DNA of 64,000 bases from an uncultured Desulfobacter sp. (GCA_963665095.1 OY762069.1:3968001-4032000), one strand, 5' to 3'. Shown: positions 39,906-50,390, numbered from the stretch's first letter. Numbers and translations: made by a program. The notes: generated by a model not told the origin, from the sequence alone.

Positions 39906-40117
39906 GGTCCTGATGTCTTTCAGCTTGTTTGTTACCGTAAGGTGGGTTTATTTTAACTAGTTTTCATATTTCTCATCTGAAATAATGAAAATTAATTTCA
40001 AAGGAAGTAACATAACAAAATCCAAAATCGTGTTCAATGACCATATCAAAGCGCCGCAATTTTAATTATATGCTAACAGATTAGATCAACGATCACCATC
40101 CAAGGTCTGGTTCCGGT

Positions 40118-41149
40118 TCAGATATTTTTTCCAAGGGAGGTGCCGGTGGCCCTCAAATCCTGGCAGGCCTGCATGATCCGATCCGCCATACTGCGTTCTG
40201 CTTTTTTCCCCCAGGAACGCGGATCATAGACTTTTTTATTGCCCACTTCCCCTTCAATCTTGAGTACCCCGTCATAGTTTTTAAGCATATGGTCTGCCAC
40301 GGGTCGGGTATAGGCATACTGGGTGTCGGTATCCACATTCATCTTCACCACCCCGTAATCCAAAGCTTCATGGATGTCCGACAATTCCGAGCCTGACCCG
40401 CCGTGAAACACCAGATCCAGGCGGCAGTCAGGCCCTAACTCCTTAATTACGGCATCCTGTCCCTGTTTTAAAATGACAGGTTTCAGCACCACATTGCCGG
40501 GCTTGTAAACCCCATGCACATTGCCGAAGGTGGCGGCTAACAGGAACCGGCCCATGGAACCTAGTTCCCTGGCTGCCAGCACCATATCCTCAGGGGTGGT
40601 GTAAAGTTTCTCTTTTTTGACGTTGGAGGTGTCATGGCCGTCTTCTTCACCTCCGACCACACCGGTTTCAATTTCCAGAATCAGATCATTGGCCACGCAG
40701 GCCTCCATGATCTTTTTGGATGCGGCAATATTCTCGTCCATGGGAAGCGCTGATCCGTCGTACATATGGGAACTGAACAGGTTGGGCAGCCCATTTGACC
40801 GGCGTTTCGCAGTTTCTTCGATCAAGGGCAAAAGGAATGAGTCTACATATTCAGGATGGCAGTGATCAGTATGCAGTGCAATGTTGACATCATAATAGGC
40901 TGCCATGGAATGGGCAAATTCAGCCAGGGCAATGGCGCCTTTGTACGATTCTCCCACACCTAACCCCGAGGCAAAGCTGCCGCCCCCTGTGGATACCTGG
41001 ATGATGCCGTCACTGTTGGCTTCCTTGAACGCCAGAAGCGCCGCATTGATGGTCTCGCTTGAGGTGGTGTTGATGGCCGGATAGGCAAATTTGTTCTGTT
41101 TTGCATGATCCAGCATCTGACAGTACTGTTGATGATTTACGATTGGCAT
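40118..41149 (-). CDS. fbaA: class II fructose-bisphosphate aldolase (type A)
   Basis: FAYPAIN, ALHTDHC, SHMYDGS, GVVGGEEDG, FGNVHGVYKPGNV, VFHGGSGS, KMNVDTD. Confidence 0.95.
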   Translation of the reverse strand: MPIVNHQQYCQMLDHAKQNKFAYPAINTTSSETINAALLAFKEANSDGIIQVSTGGGSFASGLGVGESYKGAIALAEFAHSMAAYYDVNIALHTDHCHPEYVDSFLLPLIEETAKRRSNGLPNLFSSHMYDGSALPMDENIAASKKIMEACVANDLILEIETGVVGGEEDGHDTSNVKKEKLYTTPEDMVLAARELGSMGRFLLAATFGNVHGVYKPGNVVLKPVILKQGQDAVIKELGPDCRLDLVFHGGSGSELSDIHEALDYGVVKMNVDTDTQYAYTRPVADHMLKNYDGVLKIEGEVGNKKVYDPRSWGKKAERSMADRIMQACQDLRATGTSLGKNI

Positions 41150-41483
41150 GATGGCCTCCTTGTAAAATTTATTTTTAAAAAGATTATGTTACATTGGTTT
41201 ACGGTTCAGGTCTGTCAGGATCGCATAAAAAAAGGCCGGAGAATAACGACTGCGTGGAATAAACATTTTGAATGCTCTTGACTTCTGAAACCGGAAAAAG
41301 AACGCATGTAATCCTGATGGATAACCATAGCCTATTCAGGCAGATTTGAAAATCCTAAATATATCTCAGATAGACGTTCGGGCTTGATGTATGTATTCAG
41401 GTCACATCTTGATTAGTGATTAAGTTAAGATTTCAGAAAACAAGATATTTAAGTCACCGAAAAGATGGGGCCCCATTCCCCAG

Positions 41484-41780
41484 TTAAAGTTTTTGGATCA
41501 CACTGTTGATTTTATCATCCATGGACTGGTTGCGGTCTGTCCTTGTACCCATTTTGATAATGGTATGGATCCTTGGTGCTCCCATTTCATGGAGCTGTTC
41601 ATGGCACTTTTTTACGGTTTGAAATACCAGGTCATACTCTCCTTCAATATTGGTGCCGTTGGCATGCAGTTGATGTTTGAGCCCGGCCTCCTGAATGGTC
41701 TTCTGGCAGGCAGCCACATATCCCGATAAAGAAGCGTCTCCGCCAATAGGCACCACGCATAAATCTATAATAACTTTCAT
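41484..41780 (-). CDS. MTH1187/YkoF-like thiamine-binding family protein
   Basis: DLCVVPIG..SLSGYVA..LHANGTNIEGE..GAPRI..K..TRTD. Confidence 0.88.
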   Translation of the reverse strand: MKVIIDLCVVPIGGDASLSGYVAACQKTIQEAGLKHQLHANGTNIEGEYDLVFQTVKKCHEQLHEMGAPRIHTIIKMGTRTDRNQSMDDKINSVIQKL

Positions 41781-42073
41781 CTTAATTCCTCTTAACTCTT
41801 TTATACCTCTATTAACAATATGAAAGTTTTTTCACATTTATTAACAATTTGATTTTACAGTCTATTCATTTGGAAAAATATTATCAATAGATATCTTTTT
41901 TTCGACATTTTTAATTAAAAAAGCATGCAATCAGGGCAGTATTAAGATATAAAGTTGAGTTCATATGAATTGGGGTACTTGCAGCAGGATTATCATTGAA
42001 ATTATTGCAACTTTTAGCGGGGTGGCGGTCACTGCCCCAAAACTTTTTTGGAAAGAAGAAATAAGGACGGAGC

Positions 42074-42493
42074 ATGATCTGGAAAAAGGAATTCACCATT
42101 GAGGACATGAATCAACACAGGATTAACACCCTGGTGGGGCACCTGGACATTGTATTTGAAGAGAAGGGGGATGACTTTTTAACTGCATCCATGCCTGTTG
42201 ACGAGCGGACCCATCAGCCCATGGGAATTCTTCATGGGGGTGCCTCGGCGGTTCTTGCTGAAACCCTTGCCAGTTCCGCCTCTTTTATGACACTGGATCA
42301 GGGCTGCATCAGTGTCGGCCTTGAAATTAAGGCCAATCACATTAAAAAAATTTCCCACGGCCGAGTGACCGGGCGTACCATACCATTGCACCTGGGGCGC
42401 ACCACACAGGTCTGGGATATTGATATCAGAAATGACAAAGGCGAGATGATCTGCGCATCCCGCATTACTATGGCTGTTCTGAGACAAAAATAG
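42074..42493 (+). CDS. hot-dog thioesterase (MenI/YdiI/PaaI family)
   Basis: MPVDERTHQPMGILHGGASAVLAET, GLEIKANH, HLGRTTQVW. Confidence 0.92.
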   Translation: MIWKKEFTIEDMNQHRINTLVGHLDIVFEEKGDDFLTASMPVDERTHQPMGILHGGASAVLAETLASSASFMTLDQGCISVGLEIKANHIKKISHGRVTGRTIPLHLGRTTQVWDIDIRNDKGEMICASRITMAVLRQK

Positions 42494-42557
42494 GTATTTT
42501 GCAATTTTTATTGTCAGGGTGTATACAACCTGAAAAGTTACGCAGGAAAGGACGGCC

Positions 42558-43151
42558 ATGGGTTCCTATAAAGTCAGAATGCTGATCAAGGAGGAAAAGG
42601 AAGAGGCAAGACGCCGGTTCCGGCGGCACCGGAATAAAAACCGGCTGGCCACGCCAGGCATCCACAAATGCATCATCGTTCTGGACGGACTCAAACCCAC
42701 CTTTAATATCGGTAAAATTTTCAGAAGCGCAGAAGCGTTTGGCTGCCATGAGGTACATCTTATTGGCACGGACTTTTTTGATCCAGCGCCGGCCAGGGGT
42801 GCATTTAAATACGTTCCGGCGAAGTTTCACAAAAGGTTCATCTCCTGTTACGCCGACCTTCTTGAAAGGGGGTATACCCCTTTTATTCTTGAACCTGGCC
42901 AGGGTGGTCCGGTCATGGATGTGGCACTTCCTGAAAAAAGCGCCTTTGTGTTCGGGCATGAAGAGTTCGGCATCAGCTTTGAGCCGGATCTGTTTTCGGA
43001 AGTCCGGCGGCTGACCATCCCCCAGTACGGCCGTTCCCAGAGTCTGAATGTCAGTGTGGCCGCCTCCATTATCCTGTATGAGTACACCCGGCAGTTTGCC
43101 TGTCCCGGGTCTGTAACAGATACAACCCACCCATGTAAGGAAGAGATATGA
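42558..43151 (+). CDS. SpoU/TrmH family RNA methyltransferase
   Basis: NIGKIFRSAEAFG, FVFGHEEFGI, IPQYGRSQSLNVSVA. Confidence 0.92.
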   Translation: MGSYKVRMLIKEEKEEARRRFRRHRNKNRLATPGIHKCIIVLDGLKPTFNIGKIFRSAEAFGCHEVHLIGTDFFDPAPARGAFKYVPAKFHKRFISCYADLLERGYTPFILEPGQGGPVMDVALPEKSAFVFGHEEFGISFEPDLFSEVRRLTIPQYGRSQSLNVSVAASIILYEYTRQFACPGSVTDTTHPCKEEI

Positions 43152-43939
43152 ACGCAGAAAAAGTGGCAGCCCACATCATTGACTGGCTGAAAAATTATTT
43201 AAAGGCATCCGGATTAAAGGGATTCACCGTCGGGGTGTCCGGCGGGATTGATTCCGCTGTCACCTCAACCTTGTGCGCAAGGACAGGAGAACCGGTGATT
43301 GCTTTGAACATGCCCATCCACCAGGCAGCGGACCAGGTCTCCCGGTCCAGTGAACACATTGCCTGGTTGTCAAAGACCTATGACAATGTCATAGGCCATG
43401 ATGTCAACCTCACCCCGGTATTTGAACAGGTCAAAACCACGCTGCCGGATGATATCCAGGATGATCTGACCATGGCCAATACCCGGTCGCGCCTGCGCAT
43501 GATCACCTTGTACGCTTTTGCCTCCCACAGCCGTATGCTGGTGGCGGGCACCGGTAACAAAGTGGAGGATTTCGGTGTGGGCTTTTACACCAAATACGGG
43601 GACGGCGGGGTGGACCTCTCCCCCATTGCTGATTTGTTGAAGACAGAAGTCTATGCATTAGGCCGTTACCTGGGCGTCAGCCAGGAGATCCTGTCCGCCC
43701 GGCCCACAGATGGCCTTTGGGACGACAACCGTACGGACGAAAGTCAGATCGGGGCCTCCTATGACGAGTTGGAATGGGCCATGCAATATGACAATGCACA
43801 TGGCGGCAGCGAACCTTCTGATGCCATCACTGACCACCAGAAAGAGGTGCTTGAGGTCTACCGGAAATTCAACCGGGCCAACCGCCACAAGATGGATCCT
43901 ATTCCGGTATGCACCATCCCGGAAGAGATAAAATCATAA
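43148..43939 (+). CDS. nadE: NH3-dependent NAD+ synthetase
   Basis: GVSGGIDSA, NTRSRLRM, GTGNKVE, FYTKYGDGG, PTDGLW. Confidence 0.95.
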   Translation: MNAEKVAAHIIDWLKNYLKASGLKGFTVGVSGGIDSAVTSTLCARTGEPVIALNMPIHQAADQVSRSSEHIAWLSKTYDNVIGHDVNLTPVFEQVKTTLPDDIQDDLTMANTRSRLRMITLYAFASHSRMLVAGTGNKVEDFGVGFYTKYGDGGVDLSPIADLLKTEVYALGRYLGVSQEILSARPTDGLWDDNRTDESQIGASYDELEWAMQYDNAHGGSEPSDAITDHQKEVLEVYRKFNRANRHKMDPIPVCTIPEEIKS

Positions 43940-43941
43940 TT

Positions 43942-44145
43942 GGTGTTTGAACGTAAAGTTACCCACCTGCGGCGTTGCTGCACAAAGCTGCCAAATCATA
44001 TAATCGGGCCTCACGTACTGAAGTACGCTTGCGGTTTAAGTTGCGCTTGCGCCTTGCATCTGGGCAACTTTGTGGGCATGCGCCCCTCTTCGAGCCGGCC
44101 AAACACCCGTATCCAATCCAAACATGGGGTTTCCGTTGAGTCGCT
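43942..44145. repeat. palindromic interspersed repeat, extended copy 2
   Basis: Same core as 36733-36858 plus inserts and a right module CCTCTTCGAGCCGGCCAAACACC...GGGGTTTCCGTTGAGTCGCT; arms GGTGTTTG / CAAACACC. Confidence 0.85.
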
Positions 44146-44251
44146 AATTATTTAGGCCCCCGGTGAGGCCGGAGGCCTGGATTTTTGAGTTGGGTAAGGC
44201 GGTTATCAGATGCGCCGCCGAAAGCAACAGATCCGGCAGAGCCCGGCTGGA

Positions 44252-45544
44252 TCAGTCGATGATGTTTTTGCCCTTCAAACGGCTGATCTCTTCGTCACTG
44301 TATCCGAGTAATTCACTCATGATCATTTCGGTATCCTGTCCCAAACGGGGGGCACCGCGCCATGCCTGGCCGGGTGTTCCCGAAAATTTGGGGACAAATC
44401 CAAACGCTTCGACTTCCCGGTCCAGGGTCTGGTCATGGTATTTCACGAAATTCTTTCTGTCGTGCCAGTGGGGATCTTCGTAGATCTCTTTTATCGTCTT
44501 GACGATGCCCACCGGGATCTTGAACTTGTTCATATGGTCCTGGGCTTCCTGGGCCGTGCGTGCGGCAAACCATTTGTCGATCTCTTCGTACAGCTCTTTA
44601 CCTTTGTCGGACCAGACCGCTTCATATGAATTGCCTGCCTCCTCCCACTTAAAGAATTCAGGGTCCAGGCCAAGACCTTCAATGGCCCGGTTGTAGACCG
44701 ATTTTCCAAAGGCCCCGATAAAGCACCAGCGGTCGTCTCCTGCCTTATGCAGAGATGCCGGCTGGAAGATGGGTACGCGGTTGCCGGCCCGCTGTTTCAA
44801 AACGCCGGCCTCGATGTAGCTGATCCACTGGTCGTCCAGGACCCTGGCAAAGGCTTCTACCTGGGCCATGTCCACCTCCTGGCCCATGCCGCCGTTCAGG
44901 ACATTGACATAGGCTGCGCAGATCCCTCCGAACAGGAATGTGGCTGTCAGGTAATCATTGATAAATGAGGCGGCATACCGGGGCGGTTCAGGCTCTGGGT
45001 CCCCGTTGATGGACATGAAGCCGCTTTCGGCCTGACCGATGGGGTCATAGGAGGGCCTGTCACAGGTCTCTTCGTTGCCGCCGAACTGGGGGCGGCCAAA
45101 TCCGCTGGAGTGGCCGATAATCAGTTTGGGGTTCACCTCCCAGAGATCTTTCAGCTCTATTCCCAGTTTTTTAAGCCAGACCATATTTTCTATCCAGACA
45201 TCCACCTGCTTGATCAGGCAGAAAAAGATCTCTTTGGCTTCCGGAATGCTCATATTGGTATTCAGGGTGAAGCTCATGCGGTTCCGGGCGCCCTGGGCCC
45301 AGGCCGCACTGGTTTGTCCCCTGCCGTCTTCCTTGAAGAGCTGGGGAGACTGATATCGGTATGCATCACCGATGTTGGGGTATTCGATCTGGATCAGTTC
45401 CGCTCCAAAATCTGCGAGTAACTGGGCGGCAAAAGGCGCTGCGACCACTGTACCGTTTAAAAGCACTCTCATGCCGTTCAGAGGGCCAAATTTCGGTGCA
45501 AACTGGGGGGCGGGTATCCGGGTGAGTTTTTCCCATCGATTCAT
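44252..45544 (-). CDS. family III CoA-transferase (CaiB/BaiF), paralog 1
   Basis: FGPLNGMRVL, AAPFAAQLLADFGAE, DVWIEN, NPKLI, SGFG, catalytic-Asp region FINDY, APRLGQDT. Confidence 0.92.
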   Translation of the reverse strand: MNRWEKLTRIPAPQFAPKFGPLNGMRVLLNGTVVAAPFAAQLLADFGAELIQIEYPNIGDAYRYQSPQLFKEDGRGQTSAAWAQGARNRMSFTLNTNMSIPEAKEIFFCLIKQVDVWIENMVWLKKLGIELKDLWEVNPKLIIGHSSGFGRPQFGGNEETCDRPSYDPIGQAESGFMSINGDPEPEPPRYAASFINDYLTATFLFGGICAAYVNVLNGGMGQEVDMAQVEAFARVLDDQWISYIEAGVLKQRAGNRVPIFQPASLHKAGDDRWCFIGAFGKSVYNRAIEGLGLDPEFFKWEEAGNSYEAVWSDKGKELYEEIDKWFAARTAQEAQDHMNKFKIPVGIVKTIKEIYEDPHWHDRKNFVKYHDQTLDREVEAFGFVPKFSGTPGQAWRGAPRLGQDTEMIMSELLGYSDEEISRLKGKNIID

Positions 45545-45699
45545 TTTTTCTCTCCATGGTTAATGGTAAAAATACAATGCAGCTAAATATAATTCATATT
45601 GTAACTATATATTGGCTATAAATCTCATTCAGTTATTGCACATGTCAAGAAAAATTTAATTTTTTTTCATTAACAGTATTTTTTTCTTGACAGCAATAG

Positions 45700-45716
45700 A
45701 AGCTATAAAATAATCA
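45700..45716. promoter_or_regulatory. degenerate 17-bp operator just downstream of TTGACA (CoA-ligase promoter)
   Basis: AAGCTATAAAATAATCA after TTGACA 45687-45692; further copies at 45591-45607 and 45602-45618. Confidence 0.5.
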
Positions 45717-45769
45717 TATTTTACCCCAATGTTGTTGAAGTGGCATCGATAAATCAGGAAAGGTGAAAG

Positions 45770-47341
45770 ATGACAACGCTCAGAACTATGATCAGACAGA
45801 GTAGCGCACATCACCCGGACAACACTGCCCTTATTGAAGGTGAACGCGCCTACTCATTTAAAGAATTTTCACGGCGTACCTGCTGCATGGGAAATGCGCT
45901 CTTGGATCTCGGCCTTGAAAAAGGGGATCGGGTGGCGATTCTGGACCGGAACAGCATTGAAACGGCTGAATCCTATTTCAGTATTCCCAATGCCGGACTT
46001 ATTCTGGTCATGCTGAACCTGCGGCTGGCCTCCCCTGAAATCCTGTCCGTTTTATCTGATGCCCAAGTCTCTGTACTGATCATAGAGCAAAGTTTTCTTG
46101 AACGCCTTTTCCCCATTCTGGAGGATCTGGGGTTTATCAAGCATTTCATTTTGATCGGTGACGCTGACGTTCCTCAAAGCTGGCACCGATATGAAGATCT
46201 GATAGAGGCGGCATCTCCGGACGAGCCTTGTGTGGACCTCAATGGAGACGATCTGGCAGCACTGATGTATACCAGCGGAACCACCGGAACCCCCAAGGGG
46301 TGTATGGTTACCCACAGGAACCTTTTTCATGTTGGCTACACCATGGCAGAAGAACTGGCCATGGACGAAAATGACAAAGGCATTATCACCACACCTATTT
46401 TTCACGCCTCGGGTATGGTGGTTCTGATGAACGGCATATACAGCGGTACGCCTTCGGTCATTATGCCGCGGTGGGATATCCAAAAATTTCTGCATCTGGT
46501 GGAAAAATACCGCATCACCACAGGCGTTCTTGCAACGCCCATGCTGCTCTATCTGACCCAGATGCCGGAAGAAGAAGCCTGCCCCAAAGCCCGAAGTCTT
46601 AAAAAAGTCCTCTTTGCCGGTGCTCCGGTGACACCTGTTGTATTCCAACGGGCAATAAAACGATTCGGCAATATATTTCTGCATGCTTTTGGAACCACGG
46701 AAACCGTGGGTTCTATTTGTATTCTAAAACAGGAAAGTGTGGAAGATGCCCTTGAACAGGGAGATCTGCAGATATTATCCTCCTGTGGCAAGGCATATAT
46801 GGATATGACTGTCCAGGTGGTCAGCGATAAAATCAGCCGGCTAAACGGGCATGACAGCAGCGGTGAGATCCGGGTGCGCGGGGCCGGTATCTCAAAAGGC
46901 TATTGGAACAAAGGACTTGAAACCCGGGAGGTATTCCGGGACGGATGGTTCTATACCGGAGATATTGGCAGGGTAGATGAAAAGGGCTTTATTTACATTG
47001 TGGGCAGAAAAAAAGATGTGATTATCACAGGCGCTGAAAATGTCTTTCCCGCAGAACTGGAAAATATTCTAACCGCCCATCCGGATATAAAAGAGGCGGC
47101 CGTGGTCGGTCTGGACAACGCCAGGTGGGGAGAGATCGTTACCGCCTTTGTGGTGCCGAACAATGGTACCGAGCTTAATCCGGAACAGATTATGGCATTC
47201 TGCCGGGAGAATGTGGCCGGGTACAAGGTGCCTAAACAGGTGTTCTTTATTGAGGACCTTCCCATCAGCTCCACAGGGAAATTGTTAAAGAATCAACTCA
47301 AAGAAAAGTTCAGTTCCAGGGCCATTTATGAGCTGCCATAG
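45770..47341 (+). CDS. AMP-forming acyl/aryl-CoA ligase
   Basis: YTSGTTGTPKG, FGTTE, YTGDIG, RKKDVIITGAENV, PISSTGK. Confidence 0.93.
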   Translation: MTTLRTMIRQSSAHHPDNTALIEGERAYSFKEFSRRTCCMGNALLDLGLEKGDRVAILDRNSIETAESYFSIPNAGLILVMLNLRLASPEILSVLSDAQVSVLIIEQSFLERLFPILEDLGFIKHFILIGDADVPQSWHRYEDLIEAASPDEPCVDLNGDDLAALMYTSGTTGTPKGCMVTHRNLFHVGYTMAEELAMDENDKGIITTPIFHASGMVVLMNGIYSGTPSVIMPRWDIQKFLHLVEKYRITTGVLATPMLLYLTQMPEEEACPKARSLKKVLFAGAPVTPVVFQRAIKRFGNIFLHAFGTTETVGSICILKQESVEDALEQGDLQILSSCGKAYMDMTVQVVSDKISRLNGHDSSGEIRVRGAGISKGYWNKGLETREVFRDGWFYTGDIGRVDEKGFIYIVGRKKDVIITGAENVFPAELENILTAHPDIKEAAVVGLDNARWGEIVTAFVVPNNGTELNPEQIMAFCRENVAGYKVPKQVFFIEDLPISSTGKLLKNQLKEKFSSRAIYELP

Positions 47342-47409
47342 TCATTTGGGTTAGCTGCGTTGACGGGATCTGAGGTAAGGTCTGTCCAAAAACAAACAGC
47401 AGCAATTAT

Positions 47410-47445
47410 AAAAATGCCCCGCCTGGATACAGGCGGGGCATTTTT
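47410..47445. terminator. bidirectional intrinsic terminator
   Basis: AAAAATGCCCCGCCTG-gata-CAGGCGGGGCATTTTT between convergent genes. Confidence 0.88.
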
Positions 47446-47528
47446 CAAGCTTATGATCGTTTTAGATGAATACAGCCTGTTGTCCGGTTAAATTCATCTT
47501 TGTCAGAACATCTTCGATAACATCTCGT

Positions 47529-48815
47529 TTAATCGATCACATTTTTGCCCTTTAATGCATTTATTTCTTCTTCACTGTAATCTAAAAGCTGACTGAGAAT
47601 CTTTTCAGTGTCCTGTCCTAATTTAGGGGCGCCCCGCCATACTTTCTGGGGCGTTTTGCTGAATTTAGGAACAAAACCATAGGCTTCGACTTCTTTTTCA
47701 AGGGTTTCATCGACATATTTAACAAAATCATTTCTTCCCTGCCAGTGAGGATCATTGTAAATTTCCTCAGCCGTCTTGGCGATGCCGCAGGGTACTTTAT
47801 GTTTTGTCAATATATCCTGTGCTTCTTTTGCATTGCGTGATTCAAAAAATTCTTTACTTTTTTGCTCAAGTTCCTGTCCAAGAGGTGATGATACAGCCTC
47901 TCTGGATGCCCCTGCGCCTTCGTAAGTGAAATAATTGGGGTCTTCTCCAATCGCGTCTATGAATCTATAGTAAACTGCCGGTCCAAAGGCGCCCGGAATG
48001 ATATAGCGGCCGTCTTTGGATTTGTAAATGGCAGCCGGCTGGAAAATAGGCACCTTATTCCCGGATCTTTCCCTGAGTATTCCCAGATTACACCAGACTG
48101 AGAATACATCATCTATTACCCTGGACTGGGCCTCGCATTGAGATACGTCCACAACTTGCCCGGAACCACCTTTCAATACATTGATATATGCTGATAGGAT
48201 ACCGGTACAATTGAACATTGCTGTCATAAAATCATTTATGAAAGTCGAAGCAAAATGAGGGGGGCCCGGTTCCGGAAACCCATTAATCTGGGTCCAGCCC
48301 CCTTCGGCCTGTCCAATAATATCATAAGAGGGTTTCGCAGAAATTTCAGGAACACCGCCAAATGAATTCTGCCCAAAACCGCTTACGTGGCATATCACCA
48401 GCTTGGGATTGACTTCCAGTAACATTTCATCGCTGATACCCAGCTTGTCAAGCCAGACCATATTTTCCAGCCATACATCTGCATTCTTTATCAAAGACAA
48501 AAATATCTCTTTGGATTCAGGGTTATTAAGGTTGGAGTTAAGCGTAAAGCTTAGACGATTTCTGGCATTTTGAATCCATCCGGCACTGATGGATTTGTCT
48601 CCATTGGTTACGGGTGGAAACTGATAGCGGTACGGGTCACCTACATTCGGACGTTCCACCTGGATAATTTCAGCCCCCATTTCACCCATTAATGTTGTAG
48701 AAAACGGCGCAGCCGTAATTGTTGCATTGGCTACCACCCTCATTCCTGATAAGGGGCCATATTTGTCAACAAAGAGCGGTGCCGGTTTTTTCTCTAACTT
48801 TTCCCATTTTTCCAT
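47529..48815 (-). CDS. family III CoA-transferase (CaiB/BaiF), paralog 2
   Basis: YGPLSGMRVV, DVWLEN, NPKLVI, FINDF, APKLGQDT; aligns end to end with 44252-45544. Confidence 0.92.
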   Translation of the reverse strand: MEKWEKLEKKPAPLFVDKYGPLSGMRVVANATITAAPFSTTLMGEMGAEIIQVERPNVGDPYRYQFPPVTNGDKSISAGWIQNARNRLSFTLNSNLNNPESKEIFLSLIKNADVWLENMVWLDKLGISDEMLLEVNPKLVICHVSGFGQNSFGGVPEISAKPSYDIIGQAEGGWTQINGFPEPGPPHFASTFINDFMTAMFNCTGILSAYINVLKGGSGQVVDVSQCEAQSRVIDDVFSVWCNLGILRERSGNKVPIFQPAAIYKSKDGRYIIPGAFGPAVYYRFIDAIGEDPNYFTYEGAGASREAVSSPLGQELEQKSKEFFESRNAKEAQDILTKHKVPCGIAKTAEEIYNDPHWQGRNDFVKYVDETLEKEVEAYGFVPKFSKTPQKVWRGAPKLGQDTEKILSQLLDYSEEEINALKGKNVID

Positions 48816-48900
48816 ACGATTCCCTCCTCCATATTTATTGTTAATTCCTAATACATTGTAATTATTTGGAAGCTTATATATAGCTATATTGTATTCAATA

Positions 48901-48917
48901 TAGTTATTATGTAGCTA
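48901..48917. promoter_or_regulatory. 17-bp palindromic operator (CoA-transferase 2 promoter)
   Basis: TAGTTATTATGTAGCTA, 6 nt from a minus-strand TTGACA (48924-48929); another copy at 48881-48897. Confidence 0.65.
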
Positions 48918-48988
48918 CGAGCTTGTCAAGAAAAAAATAGTAGAAGTTCTCTTAAAATATTTTCGTATTTTTCCGCTTGACAACAATG

Positions 48989-49005
48989 TAGCTGTATTGT
49001 AACTA
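48989..49005. promoter_or_regulatory. 17-bp palindromic operator (beta-oxidation operon promoter)
   Basis: TAGCTGTATTGTAACTA, 6 nt after TTGACA (48977-48982); another copy at 49008-49024. Confidence 0.65.
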
Positions 49006-49137
49006 AATAGCTATATTAAAGCTGTTATGCACTTACAGCGTAAAGATATTATGATTGCATTGTTCACTCCCCGGGCACGGGCCGGCAGGAACCTTGGAGT
49101 ATGGATGAAGTAGCTGACTTTTTAAGAATGATTAAGC

Positions 49138-49203
49138 AGTGCCTGAACGAAAATCCCGTGTTTGGTGTCTGGACGGCTCGAAGAGGAGCTTTAGCTCACA
49201 AAG
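49138..49203 (-). repeat. partial copy of the right module of the interspersed repeat
   Basis: Reverse complement CTTTGTGAGC..CCTCTTCGAGCCGTCCAGACACC-AAACACGGGATTTTCGTTCAGGCACT matches 44068-44145. Confidence 0.7.
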
Positions 49204-49265
49204 ATGTCTGCGATCACGTCGGTTACGAGCTGTTAATTTAAATTACAACATGAAAGGAACGCAAA

Positions 49266-50390
49266 ATGGCAAAAGAGATTAAAACCGTAGGAATTATCGG
49301 ATTTAACGTAATGGGTGCGGCCATTGGCCTTAATGCCGCCACCGCCGGGTATCAGGTTATATATAAGGAGTTGAATGATGATCTGGTTAAAGCCATGTAT
49401 GACCGCTGGGTGGACAAGGCTTTGGCCAAACGGGTGGCCAAGGGAAAAATGACCCAGGAAGCCATGGATGCTGTGGCTTCTAAAATAAACGGTACTGCTG
49501 ATTACAACGATCTTGCCGGCTGCGATCTGATCATTGAGGCTGCTGTGGAAAACATGGACCTTAAAAAACAGATCTTTAAAGAACTTGACGGCATTGTCGG
49601 TCCTGACTGCATCCTGGCCAGCAACACCTCCACCTTTCTGATTGAAAAGCTGATGGAAGGGATCTCCAATCCCGGGAGAACGGCTGGTCTGCACTACTTT
49701 TTCCCTGCCAACATCAACCGCCTGGTGGAGGTAATCCGCCAGAAAGATACCGACGATGATACCTTTGAAGCGCTGATGACCTTTTCCGAAAATAATAAAA
49801 AGGTGCCCATCTCTGTCAATGATTTTCCCGGATTCGCCATCAACCCGGTGTTTATCTCCAGTTACATGGTGCTGACTTCCTTTATGGGAGATGTCTATAA
49901 TGCCGCCACCCTGGACCAGGTCTCCAAGGACGCTTTAGGGGTTAAATACGGGATTGTATGGGTGCTGAACGGCTCCGGTCTTGGCACCGCCTACCATGCG
50001 GCCGTTTCCATGAACGAATACCTGGCTGACAGTGATGTGGGTTTTCCTGCCAATCCTGAACCTCTCAAAATTCAGTTTGAAAGCGGCAGCCCCTTTGATC
50101 TCGAAGGTACGATACTTGATGATCCTGCAGCCATGAGAACCGCCAAGGAAAGACTTCTGGGTTCTGTTTTCTGCATTGCCTCCCATCTGCTTGAAAACGA
50201 TGTTGTCTCCATGAAAGATCTCGAACTTGGCGTGACCACAGCCCTGGCATGGCCCAAAGGCCCCTTTGGCATGATGAACGAGATGGGTATGGAAGAGGCT
50301 GCAAGACTGGTGAAAGAAGCTGTGGATGCAGGGATTTTCAAAATGCCGAAAATCTTTGCTGACGGTGTACCCGCAGCCTGGGCCATTTAA
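49266..50390 (+). CDS. 3-hydroxyacyl-CoA dehydrogenase
   Basis: Variant Rossmann motif GIIGFNVMG, IIEAAVEN, ASNTST, GLHYFFPA..LVEV, DFPGFAIN, KGPF. Confidence 0.9.
   Translation: MAKEIKTVGIIGFNVMGAAIGLNAATAGYQVIYKELNDDLVKAMYDRWVDKALAKRVAKGKMTQEAMDAVASKINGTADYNDLAGCDLIIEAAVENMDLKKQIFKELDGIVGPDCILASNTSTFLIEKLMEGISNPGRTAGLHYFFPANINRLVEVIRQKDTDDDTFEALMTFSENNKKVPISVNDFPGFAINPVFISSYMVLTSFMGDVYNAATLDQVSKDALGVKYGIVWVLNGSGLGTAYHAAVSMNEYLADSDVGFPANPEPLKIQFESGSPFDLEGTILDDPAAMRTAKERLLGSVFCIASHLLENDVVSMKDLELGVTTALAWPKGPFGMMNEMGMEEAARLVKEAVDAGIFKMPKIFADGVPAAWAI

Noticed and set aside
41940..42050. Weak hairpin plus T-run upstream of the thioesterase, considered as a riboswitch or attenuator near the thiamine-binding gene
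   Set aside because: No TPP, SAM or c-di-GMP aptamer signature visible, and the stem is mostly G-U pairs.
36733..44145. Possibility that the repeats are CRISPR units or tRNA/ncRNA genes
   Set aside because: Copies are dispersed, over 100 nt long and lack spacer periodicity; no cas genes and no cloverleaf.
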